Below, piece by piece: positions 1-10,085 of a stretch of DNA of 64,000 nucleotides; the first letter of the stretch is position 1; each line of letters begins with the position of its first letter. The notes beneath the pieces are model-generated. The model was given only the letters and a program-made list of their open reading frames with translations. It searched no databases and was not told where the DNA came from. Source of the DNA: an uncultured Acidobacteriota bacterium (GTDB taxonomy: Bacteria > Actinomycetota > Acidimicrobiia > Spongiisociales > ZC4RG35); assembly GCA_963828465.1 (NCBI GenBank), contig CAWHEU010000025.1:32001-96000 (forward strand), read 5' to 3'. Position numbers and translations under genes: made by a program.

Positions 1-392
1 TTCTGCTGGGCCCGGTCGGCGCCCAGTCGGATCGCGGTGGAGTTGCCCTCGTGCCAGTTGACGATGAGAACCCTCACCACGCCGGCATTGGCCAACCCCT
101 CGCAGACCTCCACCAGGAGCGTCGCCAAAGTATCAGGACTTATGCTCAAGGATCCCGGCCAGGGAAGGTGATAGGACGCCACGCCCACCGGGGAGATGGG
201 CACTACCGGAGCCTCGAGTCGCTCACCGACGCGGAGGGCGATGGTGAGGGCGGCAAAGGCATCCGTGCCCAGGGGGAGATGACCCCCGTGCTGCTCGATG
301 CTGCCCGTCACCAGCACGGCCGTCCCCCGACCCAAGGCGTCCTGTGCTTCGGGTTGGGTCATATTGGCGAGAAGCATGTGCTCGCGGCTCAC
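1..392 (-). CDS. Creatininase-family amidohydrolase (runs off left edge; 3' part missing)
   Basis: Not in the ORF track. Manual translation from GTG at 392 gives MSREHMLLANMTQPEAQDALGRGTAVLVTGSIEQHGGHLPLGTDAF...YHLPWPGSLSISP...LIVNWHEGN, with the ExHGxHLPxxTD creatininase motif. GGAG lies upstream. Confidence 0.85.
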   Translation of the reverse strand, partial: MSREHMLLANMTQPEAQDALGRGTAVLVTGSIEQHGGHLPLGTDAFAALTIALRVGERLEAPVVPISPVGVASYHLPWPGSLSISPDTLATLLVEVCEGLANAGVVRVLIVNWHEGNSTAIRLGADRAQQ

Positions 393-425
393 GTTTCCGT
401 CTCCGATCCTGACCGTCAGCGGCGT

Positions 426-443
426 TGCACAAACGGTTGTTCA
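426..443. promoter_or_regulatory. LacI-type operator (site 1)
   Basis: TGCACAAACGGTTGTTCA, a CG-centred imperfect palindrome just upstream of the creatininase gene. The same motif recurs in six other promoter regions. Confidence 0.7.
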
Positions 444-470
444 GAGAGTAGCCCTCAGACGGTTGGGCTG

Positions 471-1520
471 TCAGGTCGGGGCAGGCGCCGTCGAGCCCCG
501 AACCACCAGCTCCGGCGCCGCAAGGTGGGTCTCGGCGGGCCGGCCTGGATCCGCGATTGTCTCCAGCAAGAGATTCGCCGCCATCGAGCCCAGGTTGTTC
601 TGGGAGATGTGGACTGTCGTGAGCGGTGGTGAGAACCGGTCGCCGTACGGCATGTCGTTGAAGCCGACCACCGAGACGTCTTCTGGACACGATCGCCCGA
701 CTTCCCGGATGGCATCGATCGCACCCAACGCGAGCCGGTCGTTGGCGGCGAGCACAGCAGTGGTGTCGGGACGCTCCTCGAGCAGGTCACTCGTCACCCG
801 GTAACCCTCCTCCTCGGTGTGACGGTTGGCAAAGCCGTGACTCCCGCTCAGACCCGCTTCCTGGAGCGTCTCTTCGAACGTCCCGAGCCGATTGACGGTG
901 GACGAGACGTCTTCCGGTCCTCCGACGTGCACGATGTTGCGATGGCCAAGCGAGAACAGGTGCTCCACCGCCAGACGGGTCCCGGTGCGGTCATCGGGGA
1001 GCACGGCGCTGATCTCGCGGCCTTCGGCCCCACGATTGAAGAGCACCACCGGGATTCCTTCGTCGACGAGCCAAGCCAGAACGGCGTCGTCTTCCCTGGC
1101 CACCCCGTACAGAAGGCCATCTGCCTGAACTCCGAGCATGGCAGACACTTGAGACTCGGCGTGCTTCGGGTCGTCGTCGGTGCTGGCGAGTATCAGCGAG
1201 TACCCGTGGGCATAGAGGACGTCGCCGGCACCGCGGGTGATACCCGCCTGATAGAGATTGGCCACGTCGGGAACGACCATCCCGACCACGAGAGTTCGTC
1301 CGGTGCGTAGGGCGCGGGCGATGGTGTTGCGGCGATAACCGAGTTTTCGGGCCACCGCGCGGATTCGCTCGTCGGTGTCCTGGGTGATCCGCCCTGCGGC
1401 GGCCTGGTCGTTGAGGACGCGGGAAACGGTGGACACATGCACGCCGGCCTCGCGGGCGACGTCACGCAACGTCGGCGGCTTGCCCGCTCGCGTCTCGCCA
1501 TTTCCACCAGGAGTACTCAC
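471..1520 (-). CDS. LacI-family transcriptional regulator
   Basis: PTLRDVAREAGVHVSTVSRVLN HTH, YRRNTIARAL hinge, and a periplasmic-binding-like effector domain (VSVVGFND..PPLTTV). Probable start is GTG 1520. Confidence 0.95.
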   Translation of the reverse strand: MSTPGGNGETRAGKPPTLRDVAREAGVHVSTVSRVLNDQAAAGRITQDTDERIRAVARKLGYRRNTIARALRTGRTLVVGMVVPDVANLYQAGITRGAGDVLYAHGYSLILASTDDDPKHAESQVSAMLGVQADGLLYGVAREDDAVLAWLVDEGIPVVLFNRGAEGREISAVLPDDRTGTRLAVEHLFSLGHRNIVHVGGPEDVSSTVNRLGTFEETLQEAGLSGSHGFANRHTEEEGYRVTSDLLEERPDTTAVLAANDRLALGAIDAIREVGRSCPEDVSVVGFNDMPYGDRFSPPLTTVHISQNNLGSMAANLLLETIADPGRPAETHLAAPELVVRGSTAPAPT

Positions 1521-1569
1521 AGGGCGAGGGTACCCAAACCCCTCAGGCCGACTGATGGCACCGCATTTC

Positions 1570-2772
1570 TTACGCCTGAGCGCCACCCGTATCCGGAAGA
1601 AACCTCCAGGAGAACAAGGCCGCAGCTACCAGGACGCCCGCCACGAACAGAAAAGCCACGACTCTGCCGAATCCGGCGAACAGGCCCGTGACTACCAGCG
1701 GTCCGGTGATCAAGCCGAGATCCCCGACGAATCGAAAACGGCCCAAATGCGATCCGACTCGAGCCGGGTCGGTGATATCCCCCAGGATCGTGGCCGCAAC
1801 AGGGACCGCGAAGCTGGCCAGCGACATGACGACGATGGCAGCGATCCAAAGGGCAACAGTGGGCTGAAGCGTGAGAAGCGCGACACCGAAGGCTTGGATG
1901 AACAGACCCGGCACGAGCACGGACTTTCTCGAGAGTCGATCGGACAACCGGCCACCCACGAGCGTCCCCGCGAACCGCGCCAGCCCCCCTACGCCCAGGG
2001 CGAGCCCAATGGCTGCAGTGCCCAGGCCGAGGTCGTCGGCTCCGATGATCGGCACCATCGTCTGAGAGACAGAGCCCAGAGTGAGGAAGACGGCGAAAGA
2101 CACGCTCTGCAGGACCAGGAGCGGCAGGAAGGATCGGCCCCCTGGGTCAGCAAGACCGCGATCGCCCGCCCGGGCGGCCGACGCCGGAGGGGGCCGGTTC
2201 GACCGGGCCGTCAACAAGACGAGAACCACGATCCCGGCGGCTCCGGCGCCTACGAACATCGCAACCCGCCAGCCACCGATGGATGCGATCAAACCGGCCG
2301 TCGCCGGCCCGATGGCCTGCCCGCCCAGCAAGGCAGCCGAGAAGATCGCCATGGACGTGCCTCGATGACTGTCGCCGGACACAGTCGAGAAGAAGGTCAT
2401 CCCCGTGGCGTTGGTAGTGGCCGAGCAGATCCCGAGCAGGAAAGAGGCAACGTAGACCACGAGTGCCACCCAGGAGAGCCCGAGGAGCAGGCTGCCCAGA
2501 GCCACGCCTCCCGCTGACAGTGCCATGAGGTTGATAGCCCTCACCCTGTCAGCGAAATGGCCGCCCGGCAGGTCGGCCACGAGTCTGCCCAAGGCGAACA
2601 CGGTCGTCACGAGCCCCAACTGAAAGGTCGACATCGACAGCTCACGGCCGAACTCGGGCAAAAGGGCGACCCGGAAGAAGGCGACTGCAGTGAGGGTGAG
2701 AACGGCCGCTGAAACGAGGCTCGGCTCCCGCAGCCCGGTCGTGGCGCGCAGACGACGGATGTAATCTCGCAT
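1570..2772 (-). CDS. MFS transporter
   Basis: About 12 hydrophobic segments and motif A-like GHFADRV / GRLSDRLSRK. Start is ATG 2772; the ORF-track N-extension is an antisense shadow of the next gene. Confidence 0.9.
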   Translation of the reverse strand: MRDYIRRLRATTGLREPSLVSAAVLTLTAVAFFRVALLPEFGRELSMSTFQLGLVTTVFALGRLVADLPGGHFADRVRAINLMALSAGGVALGSLLLGLSWVALVVYVASFLLGICSATTNATGMTFFSTVSGDSHRGTSMAIFSAALLGGQAIGPATAGLIASIGGWRVAMFVGAGAAGIVVLVLLTARSNRPPPASAARAGDRGLADPGGRSFLPLLVLQSVSFAVFLTLGSVSQTMVPIIGADDLGLGTAAIGLALGVGGLARFAGTLVGGRLSDRLSRKSVLVPGLFIQAFGVALLTLQPTVALWIAAIVVMSLASFAVPVAATILGDITDPARVGSHLGRFRFVGDLGLITGPLVVTGLFAGFGRVVAFLFVAGVLVAAALFSWRFLPDTGGAQA

Positions 2773-2787
2773 GGATCGAAAGGGCAT

Positions 2788-2805
2788 GCTACAAACGTTT
2801 GTGCA
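2788..2805. promoter_or_regulatory. LacI-type operator (site 2, strongest)
   Basis: GCTACAAACGTTTGTGCA with a perfect 12-bp core ACAAACGTTTGT, between the divergent MFS and LVIVD genes. Confidence 0.8.
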
Positions 2806-2832
2806 GGCCCCAGGTGGGAAGCGCGAGGACCC

Positions 2833-3999
2833 ATGCACCCCGAAGACACGGCTGGATTTCGACTCGTCGGTCAGTCCGATCTGAACGGCTTCGGCGACGG
2901 CATGCAGGTCATGCCTCACGGCGACACCCTCTACGTCGGTCACTTCGGGCCGAGCGGCATGGGCACCTCGATCCTCGACATCTCGGACCGGGCGACGCCC
3001 CTGGTGGTACGGCAGTGGGAGGCACCTGAGGGGTCCCATACCCACAAGGTCCAGGTGGCCGACGGCCTGCTGATGACCAATCACGAGCTGTTTCGTAGTG
3101 AGGGGCCGGCCCCGGTGGGGATGGCCATCTACGACCTCGATGACCCGCACGACCCTCAACGGCTCGGCTTCTTCGACACCGGCGGCCGCGGTGTCCACCG
3201 AATCGTCTACGAAGGCGGCGGCTTTGCCTATGTCTCGGCGACCCCCGACGGTTACACCGGTCGAATCTGGCTGATCGTCGACGTTTCCGATCCGGCCAAC
3301 CCGTCCGAAGTCGGTCGCTGGTGGTGGCCCGGGATGTGGACTTCGGATGGCGAGACCTTGGACACGCCTGAGGGCGAGGATTGGCTCGTCCACCATGCGA
3401 TGGTCCACGAAAACCGTGCCTACCTTGGTTTCTGGGATGGTGGGATGGTGGTGATAGACATCTCCGACCCGTCCAGCCCAACGACGATCTCCCGACTCGG
3501 ATGGGAGGAAGGAGGACACACCCACACCTGCCTCCCGCTTCCCGACCGCGATCTCGTGGTCGTCACCGATGAGGTGTTGACGGAAGGATGCGACGGGGAC
3601 AGACACATGATCAGAGTCGTAGACGTCTCCGATGAGAGGGCCCCCTTCGTGCGTTCGATCTGCCCGGTGCCCGAGGGCGATTTCTGTCAGCGGGGGCTCC
3701 GCTTCGGGTCACACTGCCTCCACGAGAACCGCCCCAACAGCTATCGGAGCCAGGAGCTCGTGTTCGCCACGTACTTCAACGCCGGTCTCAGGGTCTACGA
3801 CCTCGCCGACCCCGACGACCCGGTGGAGATCGCGCACTGGATCCCTGAATGCCCCCCGAACCAGGCTGCGGCCCAGATCAACGATGTTTTCGTATCCGAG
3901 GACCACACCGTCTACGTGACCGACAGAGTCAACGGCGGCGTTTACATCCTCGAGCCAGACATCACCTTGTCCACCCGCATGACGCAAGCGGCGTCGTGA
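2833..3999 (+). CDS. LVIVD-repeat beta-propeller protein, His-rich, putative hydrolase
   Basis: Repeated blades (ILDISDR, IYDLDDP, LIVDVSDP, VIDISDP, VVDVSDE, VYDLADP) and conserved-looking His motifs (HTHKVQ, GVHRI, GGHTHT, FGSH). No signal peptide. Confidence 0.8.
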   Translation: MHPEDTAGFRLVGQSDLNGFGDGMQVMPHGDTLYVGHFGPSGMGTSILDISDRATPLVVRQWEAPEGSHTHKVQVADGLLMTNHELFRSEGPAPVGMAIYDLDDPHDPQRLGFFDTGGRGVHRIVYEGGGFAYVSATPDGYTGRIWLIVDVSDPANPSEVGRWWWPGMWTSDGETLDTPEGEDWLVHHAMVHENRAYLGFWDGGMVVIDISDPSSPTTISRLGWEEGGHTHTCLPLPDRDLVVVTDEVLTEGCDGDRHMIRVVDVSDERAPFVRSICPVPEGDFCQRGLRFGSHCLHENRPNSYRSQELVFATYFNAGLRVYDLADPDDPVEIAHWIPECPPNQAAAQINDVFVSEDHTVYVTDRVNGGVYILEPDITLSTRMTQAAS

Positions 4000-4024
4000 G
4001 CGATCGAGGAGACCCGATTCGACA

Positions 4025-5032
4025 GTGACCACCTACGACATCCACGCGCATTGCATCCCGGCAGCCTTGCTGGACCTCTTGCGCGAGGAGGGCCCCCGCC
4101 TGGGCATCGAGTTGGCAGATGACGGCAAGGGCGAATACGCGGTGATAGCAGGCAGGGTGCGCCTGGCCCCCTTCAACCCGGTGCTGACCGACCTCGATGC
4201 CCGCCTGCGCGCCATGGATGCCACCGGAGTCGACGTCCAGCTCATCTCGGGCTGGATCGACTTGACCGCGTATGCGCTGAGCCCTGCTGTCGCGGGCGAG
4301 TACTCACGCCAGTTCAACGAGATCATCGCCGCGGAGGCGGGCCGACATCCCGATCGCCTACTCCCTCTAGGGACAGTCCCGTTGCAGGACCCGGCTCGAG
4401 CGGCCGAGGAGCTGGCCTTCGCAGTCGGAGACCTGGGCATGGCCGGGGTGCAGATCGCCACGACCGTCGACGGCACCGACCTCGATCAGGCCGGGCTCGA
4501 CCCTTTCTGGGAGGCGGCCGAGGACCTCGGATGCCCCGTGGTATTGCACCCCTGCGACCCGCTCCCCGGAGTGGATCTGTCGCGCAACTTCCTCGACAAC
4601 ATGGTCGGGCGCCCCGCAGAGAGCACAATCGCGGTGGCGCACCTTCTGTTCAGTGGCGCCCTGGAGCGCTTCCCTGGTCTCATCCTCTGCGTGGTGCACG
4701 GCGGCGGCTTCATCCCCTATCAGCTCGGCCGCATGCAACGAGGATTCGATGCCGTGCCCAAACTGACCGCGAACAACATCTCGACGCCGCCATCCGAGCT
4801 GGCACGTCGCCTCTACTACGACACCGTCCTTCACGACCCTGCCCCGCTGGCGTTCCTGGTCGACCACGTCGGTGCCGATCACGTTCTCATGGGGACCGAC
4901 TACCCGTTCCCGATGGGTGACCCCACGCCGGTGGACACGGTCGCTTCGATTCCCGGTCTCACGGACGAGCAGAGAGACCTCATCCTCGGAGGGAACGTCG
5001 CTCGTCTGCTCCAGGCGACCAACCACCAATGA
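4025..5032 (+). CDS. Amidohydrolase_2 family protein (ACMSD/decarboxylase-hydratase-like)
   Basis: DIHAH, VLHP, HGGG and GTDYPF metal-site motifs. Confidence 0.88.
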   Translation: MTTYDIHAHCIPAALLDLLREEGPRLGIELADDGKGEYAVIAGRVRLAPFNPVLTDLDARLRAMDATGVDVQLISGWIDLTAYALSPAVAGEYSRQFNEIIAAEAGRHPDRLLPLGTVPLQDPARAAEELAFAVGDLGMAGVQIATTVDGTDLDQAGLDPFWEAAEDLGCPVVLHPCDPLPGVDLSRNFLDNMVGRPAESTIAVAHLLFSGALERFPGLILCVVHGGGFIPYQLGRMQRGFDAVPKLTANNISTPPSELARRLYYDTVLHDPAPLAFLVDHVGADHVLMGTDYPFPMGDPTPVDTVASIPGLTDEQRDLILGGNVARLLQATNHQ

Positions 5033-6175
5033 CAGCGAGCGGACCCGTGGCGTCCTTCAACCCCGAGTTCGAGTCCCTGACCTGCTTCGACTGCGGTGCC
5101 CATCACGAAATCGGACGACTCCACTCCGTGTGCGAGTCTTGCGGTCTGCCCCTGCAGGTCAACATGAGGTTGAAGCCCGACACCGACCCGGCTTCGGTGA
5201 TCGACCCTTCCATCCACTCCCTTTGGCGCTACTCGGCGGTTCTACCCGTCCTCCCCGAAGCGGCCATCTCGCTCACGGAGGGGTGGACACCACTGGTGAG
5301 GCCGACGCGCGAACCTGGGTGAAGGACGAGGCCCGGAACCCGACCGGGTCCTTCAAGGCGCGCGGCATGTCGATGGGGGTGTCCGCGGCCGTCGCCCTCG
5401 GCGTCCAACGCCTCGTCGCCCCATCGGCAGGGAACGCTGCGGGCGCGCTTCGGCGTATGGGGCCGCAGCCGGCGTGGAAGTGCTGGTGGCGATGCCCGAG
5501 GACACGCCTCGGCAGTTCGTCGAGGAATGCCGGCAGTACGGGGCACAGGTGGAAATGGTCCCCGGCACGATCGCCGACTCGGGCAGATGGTTGGCCGAGC
5601 ACCGATCGCCGCACGACTTCGACCTATCCACCCTCAAGGAGCCATTCCGCGTCGAGGGCAAGAAGACGATGGGGTACGAGCTGTGGGAGCAGTTCGACGG
5701 CGACCTGCCCGACGTGATCGTCTACCCGACCGGAGGTGGGACGGGCCTGGTCGGGATGTGGAAGGCCTTCGACGAGATGGAGGCCATGGGATGGATCGGG
5801 GCGAATCGGCCCCGACTCGTATCGGTGCAATCAGACGGGTGTGCCCCCGTGGTCGAGGGGTTCAGGACGAAAAGCCGTCGCACCGAGCCCTGGCCCGATC
5901 CCCGGACCACGGCCTACGGGCTTCGGGTGCCCAACCCCATCGCAGGGTTCATCTGCCTCCGCGCTCTCCGGGAGACCGGGGGCACGGCGATCGCAGTCCC
6001 GGAATCCGACATCGAGACGGCTTCGGCCGCGATGTCCGCCGCCACGGGTGTCGACGCCTGCCCCGAGGCGGGGGCGGCGTGGGCCGCCTTCGAGACTCTG
6101 CGCGATCGTGGCTGGATCGGGCCCGAGGAGAGGACGCTCGTGTTCAACACCGGGACCGGTCTCAAGTACCGCTGA
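5029..6175 (+). CDS. Threonine synthase-like fold-II PLP enzyme (two frameshifts, near 5310 and 5450)
   Basis: N-terminal Zn ribbon CFDC..CESC, LWRY and SLTEGWTPL in the first frame; KDEARNPTGSFKARG and SAGNA in a second frame; EGKKT, PTGGGTG and FNTGTGLKY in a third. Confidence 0.85.
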
Positions 6176-6181
6176 GGTCCG

Positions 6182-7114
6182 CTAACGGCCCTCGGTCCGC
6201 GGGTCGAGGACGTCTCGCAAGCCGTCACCCACGAGGTTGAACGAGAGCGCCCACAGGAACACCATGAGACCCGGGAACGTCGAGGTCCACCACCGCCCGG
6301 CGATGATGTCGGCCTGGCCCTCACTCACCAGAGTCCCCCACTCCGCCTGCCCGGCCACGGCTAGCCCGATGAAGGCGAGAGTCGCACCCAACAACACGGC
6401 GTGACCCATGTCCAGGGTCCCCTGAACGGCCACTGGCGTGAATGAGTTGGGGAGGATGTCCCTTCGGATGATTCCGAACCGGGAGTCCCCGACGGCCCGC
6501 GCCGCGTCGACATAGTCCTCTTCACGCACCTGGAGTATCTGACTTCGGACGATCCGGGCGTAGCGCGCCCACATGATCACTATCAGCGCGACGACGATGT
6601 TCTCGAACGAAGGCCCGAGAATTGCGGCAATCGCCAGTGGGAACACCAGCGTGGGGATAGCCAGGAAGACGTCCACGACCCGCATCAGGACGGCGTCGAC
6701 CTTGCCCCCAACGATCCCGGCGGTGCAGCCGACGATGAGACCTATGAGCATGGCGCCCGCGACGACGTAGATCGAGAGCTGCAACGAGAGGCGGGCGCCC
6801 CAGACGATTCCGTAGAGGACGTCGCCGCCGAGACGGGTGGTGCCCAGCAGGTGGCCCGGTGAACCCGGCGGCGCGGCGACCGCACTCAGGTCCCGCGGCA
6901 TCTGATAGGCGCCACGCGGGTTCGCGTCGACCAGGAGGGGAGCGAAGATGGCCATGCCCAAAAGGAGCACGATCATGATCGCCCCAAACCTCGTGCTCCC
7001 CTTGCTGAACACCTCTCGCGTGGTCGAGGCCAATCGCCCCACCTTGACTCTGAGCGGCGACTCCCGCACCGGCACCCCTGGTGCTCGCTCGGCGCGGACG
7101 GCTGAGAACCACAT
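6182..7114 (-). CDS. Peptide/nickel ABC transporter permease (DppC/OppC-like)
   Basis: HLLGT..GGDV..GAR.SL and the EAA loop YVDAARAVG. Confidence 0.92.
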   Translation of the reverse strand: MWFSAVRAERAPGVPVRESPLRVKVGRLASTTREVFSKGSTRFGAIMIVLLLGMAIFAPLLVDANPRGAYQMPRDLSAVAAPPGSPGHLLGTTRLGGDVLYGIVWGARLSLQLSIYVVAGAMLIGLIVGCTAGIVGGKVDAVLMRVVDVFLAIPTLVFPLAIAAILGPSFENIVVALIVIMWARYARIVRSQILQVREEDYVDAARAVGDSRFGIIRRDILPNSFTPVAVQGTLDMGHAVLLGATLAFIGLAVAGQAEWGTLVSEGQADIIAGRWWTSTFPGLMVFLWALSFNLVGDGLRDVLDPRTEGR

Positions 7115-7117
7115 GGG

Positions 7118-8128
7118 CTAGGTCTTCCTCAAGACGACACGACGGTCGAGGTATCCGTAGAGGACGTCCACCACGAGGTTGACGATCAGGAACAGGATGC
7201 TGGTGAAGATGACGAAGGCGAGCGTGGTCCCCTGATCACCGCTCAGAACGGATGCCGCCATCCAGCTGCCCAGGCCTGGCCAGCCGAAGATGGTCTCCAC
7301 CACCACGGTGCCTTCGAACATGATCCCGATCGCAAGGCCGACCACCGTGATGGTGGGAATGAAGGCGTTGCGACGAGCATGTCGGCGAACGACGAGGTTT
7401 TCCGGGAGCCCACGGGCTCGAGCGGCATCGACGTAATCCTTGCCCATCTCCTCCAGCAGCGAGGAGCGCATCATTCGGGTGACGATGCCCACCGCGGCGT
7501 AGCCCAGCGTGAGGGCCGGCAGCACCAGATGCCACAGGGCGTCCCGGAGTGCCTGGGCGTTCCCGGCGAGGATCGAGTCGATCACGTAGAAGTTGGTGGG
7601 ATGGGGGATGCTGGCCCAGAGGTCTGGGTCGGATCGCCCGTGGGGGAACCAGCCCAAATAGGACCAGAAGATGATCAGGAGGACGATGCCGAGCCAGAAG
7701 GTAGGCATGCTCGCCCCACCCACAGCGAAGACACTCGTCAGCTGATCCGGCGAACGGTTACGACGTCTGGCCGCGAAAGTGCCCAGCCCGATCCCCAGAG
7801 TGACCGCCCAGAGAGCGGCGGCCGCTCCCAGCTCGAATGATGCGGGGATTTTCTGTCGGAAGACGTCGACCACCGGCGCCCCCGCCACTGCCGACCAGCC
7901 GAGCTCTCCCCGGACTACCCCACCGAGCCAGGCGAGGTATTGCATTGGCACCGGCTCGTCGAGGTTGAAGCGCTCCTCGAGGGCGGCGATCTCCTCGTCG
8001 GTCATACCGGGGGTCAGATAGGGGCCAATCGTGGTCCCACCGAGACGGGTGAGGCCGAACACCAGGATGCTCACCGCCAGGATCACGAATGGCAGTGCCA
8101 GCAGCCTCCGTCCGATGAATCTATGCAA
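7118..8128 (-). CDS. Peptide/nickel ABC transporter permease (DppB/OppB-like)
   Basis: LDEPVPMQY, HLVLPALTL, YVDAARARGL, VETIFGWPGLG. Confidence 0.92.
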   Translation of the reverse strand: MHRFIGRRLLALPFVILAVSILVFGLTRLGGTTIGPYLTPGMTDEEIAALEERFNLDEPVPMQYLAWLGGVVRGELGWSAVAGAPVVDVFRQKIPASFELGAAAALWAVTLGIGLGTFAARRRNRSPDQLTSVFAVGGASMPTFWLGIVLLIIFWSYLGWFPHGRSDPDLWASIPHPTNFYVIDSILAGNAQALRDALWHLVLPALTLGYAAVGIVTRMMRSSLLEEMGKDYVDAARARGLPENLVVRRHARRNAFIPTITVVGLAIGIMFEGTVVVETIFGWPGLGSWMAASVLSGDQGTTLAFVIFTSILFLIVNLVVDVLYGYLDRRVVLRKT

Positions 8129-8178
8129 CCTTCAACTCCCAAGAGCGAGTCTACGGCACCTCCAGATCAGTATGGAGG

Positions 8179-8208
8179 GCGCCGGAAGAGCGGGGACTCT
8201 TCCGGCGC
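8179..8208 (-). terminator. Intra-operon stem-loop after the binding-protein gene
   Basis: GCGCCGGAAGAG-cgggga-CTCTTCCGGCGC, a 12-bp perfect stem between the SBP and permease genes. This position is typical of an mRNA-stabilising or partial terminator hairpin. Confidence 0.6.
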
Positions 8209-8221
8209 TTCGCTCGATGTA

Positions 8222-9919
8222 TTACTTGTCGTAGATCGCCCAGTACTGCGAGGGACGCGGCCACATCGGGTTCTCGATGTGCCCGGTCACCCAATCGCCA
8301 CGAGCCGAGGGTGCCGCCTCGTTGGCGGGCATGATCCACATCGCCTCGTCGTAAAGGACGGTCTGGAGCTCGGAGATGATCGACAGACGTTCGTCCTCAT
8401 CCAGTGCAGTGCTGGCCCCGTTGACAAGGTCGTCGACGGCCTGCGCATCGCTGTAGCCGTCTACGAAGCTGTTGACACTCCCGTACCTGCCATCGGACAG
8501 GGCGCTGTCGAAGAAGTAGGCGTCGGGGGTGCTGTACTGCGAGCTGGTGTAGGACCACATCGCCGCAGGCAGCGGGTCGGTAGCCAGTGCCTCGTCGAAC
8601 TGTGCCTCCGGCACCGCCAGCACGTTCACGTGGAAGTTGGGGTTCAGTGCCTCGATGCTGTCCTTGAGGGTCAGCGCCGCTCCCGTGAATCCCTCGTGGG
8701 TCTGGTCGCTGATGATCGAGATGGTGAAGCCCTCGTCCCAGTATCCAGCCTCGGTGAACAGCTGCTCGGCCATCGCCGCGTCTGTCTCGTATATGGGAGC
8801 GTCCGGGTCGTAGCCGAACATCCCGGTGGGGAGGACGAAGCTGTTCCGGCCACCCAGCCCGCCAAGGATCCCGGCAATGTAGCCCTCGTAGTCGAAGGCA
8901 TAGTTGAACGCCTGCCGGACTCGCACGTCCTGGAAGAAATCGAGCGGGATGGTGTCACCCTCGGGCAACGCACCTTCGGCGATGTTCATGTTCATGCCGA
9001 TCTGGAGCACCTGCAGGTCGAGATTCGCATCGTCGACCACGGCATGCTCGATGGGCTCGATGGAAGGCACGTCGGTAGGGCTGATGTCGACGATGTCGTA
9101 TTCCTTGGCCTGGAGACCGGTGGCGGGGGAGTCGACGATCAACTCCCAACGCACCGGCAAATGCGCCGGCTCGCCCCAGTAGTCCGGGTTGATGTCGAAT
9201 GTCATGCGGTCGCCACGCTCCCAGGAGGCGAGGGTGTAAGGGCCGGTGCCGACCATGTTCTGGGCCATGTACTCGTTGGGCGTGTCGGCCACGATGCCAC
9301 CGTTCGCGTCAACGGCATCGGGGCTCACGACACTGGCCGCCACACCGGCGGCGACGCGGCCGAGGAAGGCGGCGTCGACCTGGTTGAGGGTGACCTCGAA
9401 TGTGAAGTCGTCCACCACCCGGGTCTCGGCGACATTCTCGAACAGAGTTGCCTGACCCTCGGGGAGGTTCATCTCAACGACCCGGTCCCAGGAGTACTTG
9501 ACATCCTCGGCGGTGAGATCGGTCCCATCTGAGAACGTCACACCCTCTTGGAGGGTGAAGGTATAGGTGAGCCCGTCCTCGGAGAGCAGACCGTTCTCGA
9601 CCGTGGGGACCTCGGTGGCGAGGGAGGGAACGGGCGAGCCACTGTCCGGGGGGATAGCGACGAGTCGGTCGTATACGTTCAGGATGGCGTTCTGACCTAC
9701 GTCGTTCTCGTTCACCGCGGCGGGATCGAGGTTGAAGACGTCGTCGTTGACGGTCACCACAAGGACATCGGGGTTGGGGACCTCCCCACTGGCTGCGCTG
9801 GTACCCGACGTGTCACCGGTGGTGCTGTCGGTCGTCTCCCCGCTGCTACAAGCCGCGGTGACCAGCGCAAGAACGGCGACCAGGGCCAGCATCCTCCACG
9901 CAATCGTTTTACGTCCCAT
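8222..9919 (-). CDS. ABC family 5 (peptide/nickel-type) substrate-binding lipoprotein
   Basis: RBS GAGGAGG, lipobox TAA-C, LDPA, YDRLV, FSDGTDLTAEDVKYS, GTGPY, VRQA. Confidence 0.93.
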   Translation of the reverse strand: MGRKTIAWRMLALVAVLALVTAACSSGETTDSTTGDTSGTSAASGEVPNPDVLVVTVNDDVFNLDPAAVNENDVGQNAILNVYDRLVAIPPDSGSPVPSLATEVPTVENGLLSEDGLTYTFTLQEGVTFSDGTDLTAEDVKYSWDRVVEMNLPEGQATLFENVAETRVVDDFTFEVTLNQVDAAFLGRVAAGVAASVVSPDAVDANGGIVADTPNEYMAQNMVGTGPYTLASWERGDRMTFDINPDYWGEPAHLPVRWELIVDSPATGLQAKEYDIVDISPTDVPSIEPIEHAVVDDANLDLQVLQIGMNMNIAEGALPEGDTIPLDFFQDVRVRQAFNYAFDYEGYIAGILGGLGGRNSFVLPTGMFGYDPDAPIYETDAAMAEQLFTEAGYWDEGFTISIISDQTHEGFTGAALTLKDSIEALNPNFHVNVLAVPEAQFDEALATDPLPAAMWSYTSSQYSTPDAYFFDSALSDGRYGSVNSFVDGYSDAQAVDDLVNGASTALDEDERLSIISELQTVLYDEAMWIMPANEAAPSARGDWVTGHIENPMWPRPSQYWAIYDK

Positions 9920-9967
9920 GTGAGGTCCTCCTCGAATTTTGTCCCACACGAACTGGCTTAGATTGTT

Positions 9968-9985
9968 TGCCCAATCGTTTGCAAC
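9968..9985. promoter_or_regulatory. LacI-type operator (site 3)
   Basis: TGCCCAATCGTTTGCAAC between the divergent SBP and M24 genes. Confidence 0.65.
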
Positions 9986-10085
9986 GCTAACCAGGAGCGT
10001 GAGACGGTGCAACCAATTCGGGGTGCTTTCTGGGCGGGTTCCACGGCTATGGTCCGTCGGCCAAAACCGACAACGGAGTGACGTC

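Noticed and set aside
9895-9912. Extra operator-like CACGCAATCGTTTTAC inside the SBP start
   Set aside because: It is half-site quality and lies within coding sequence. It could be an auxiliary site but I cannot support it alone.
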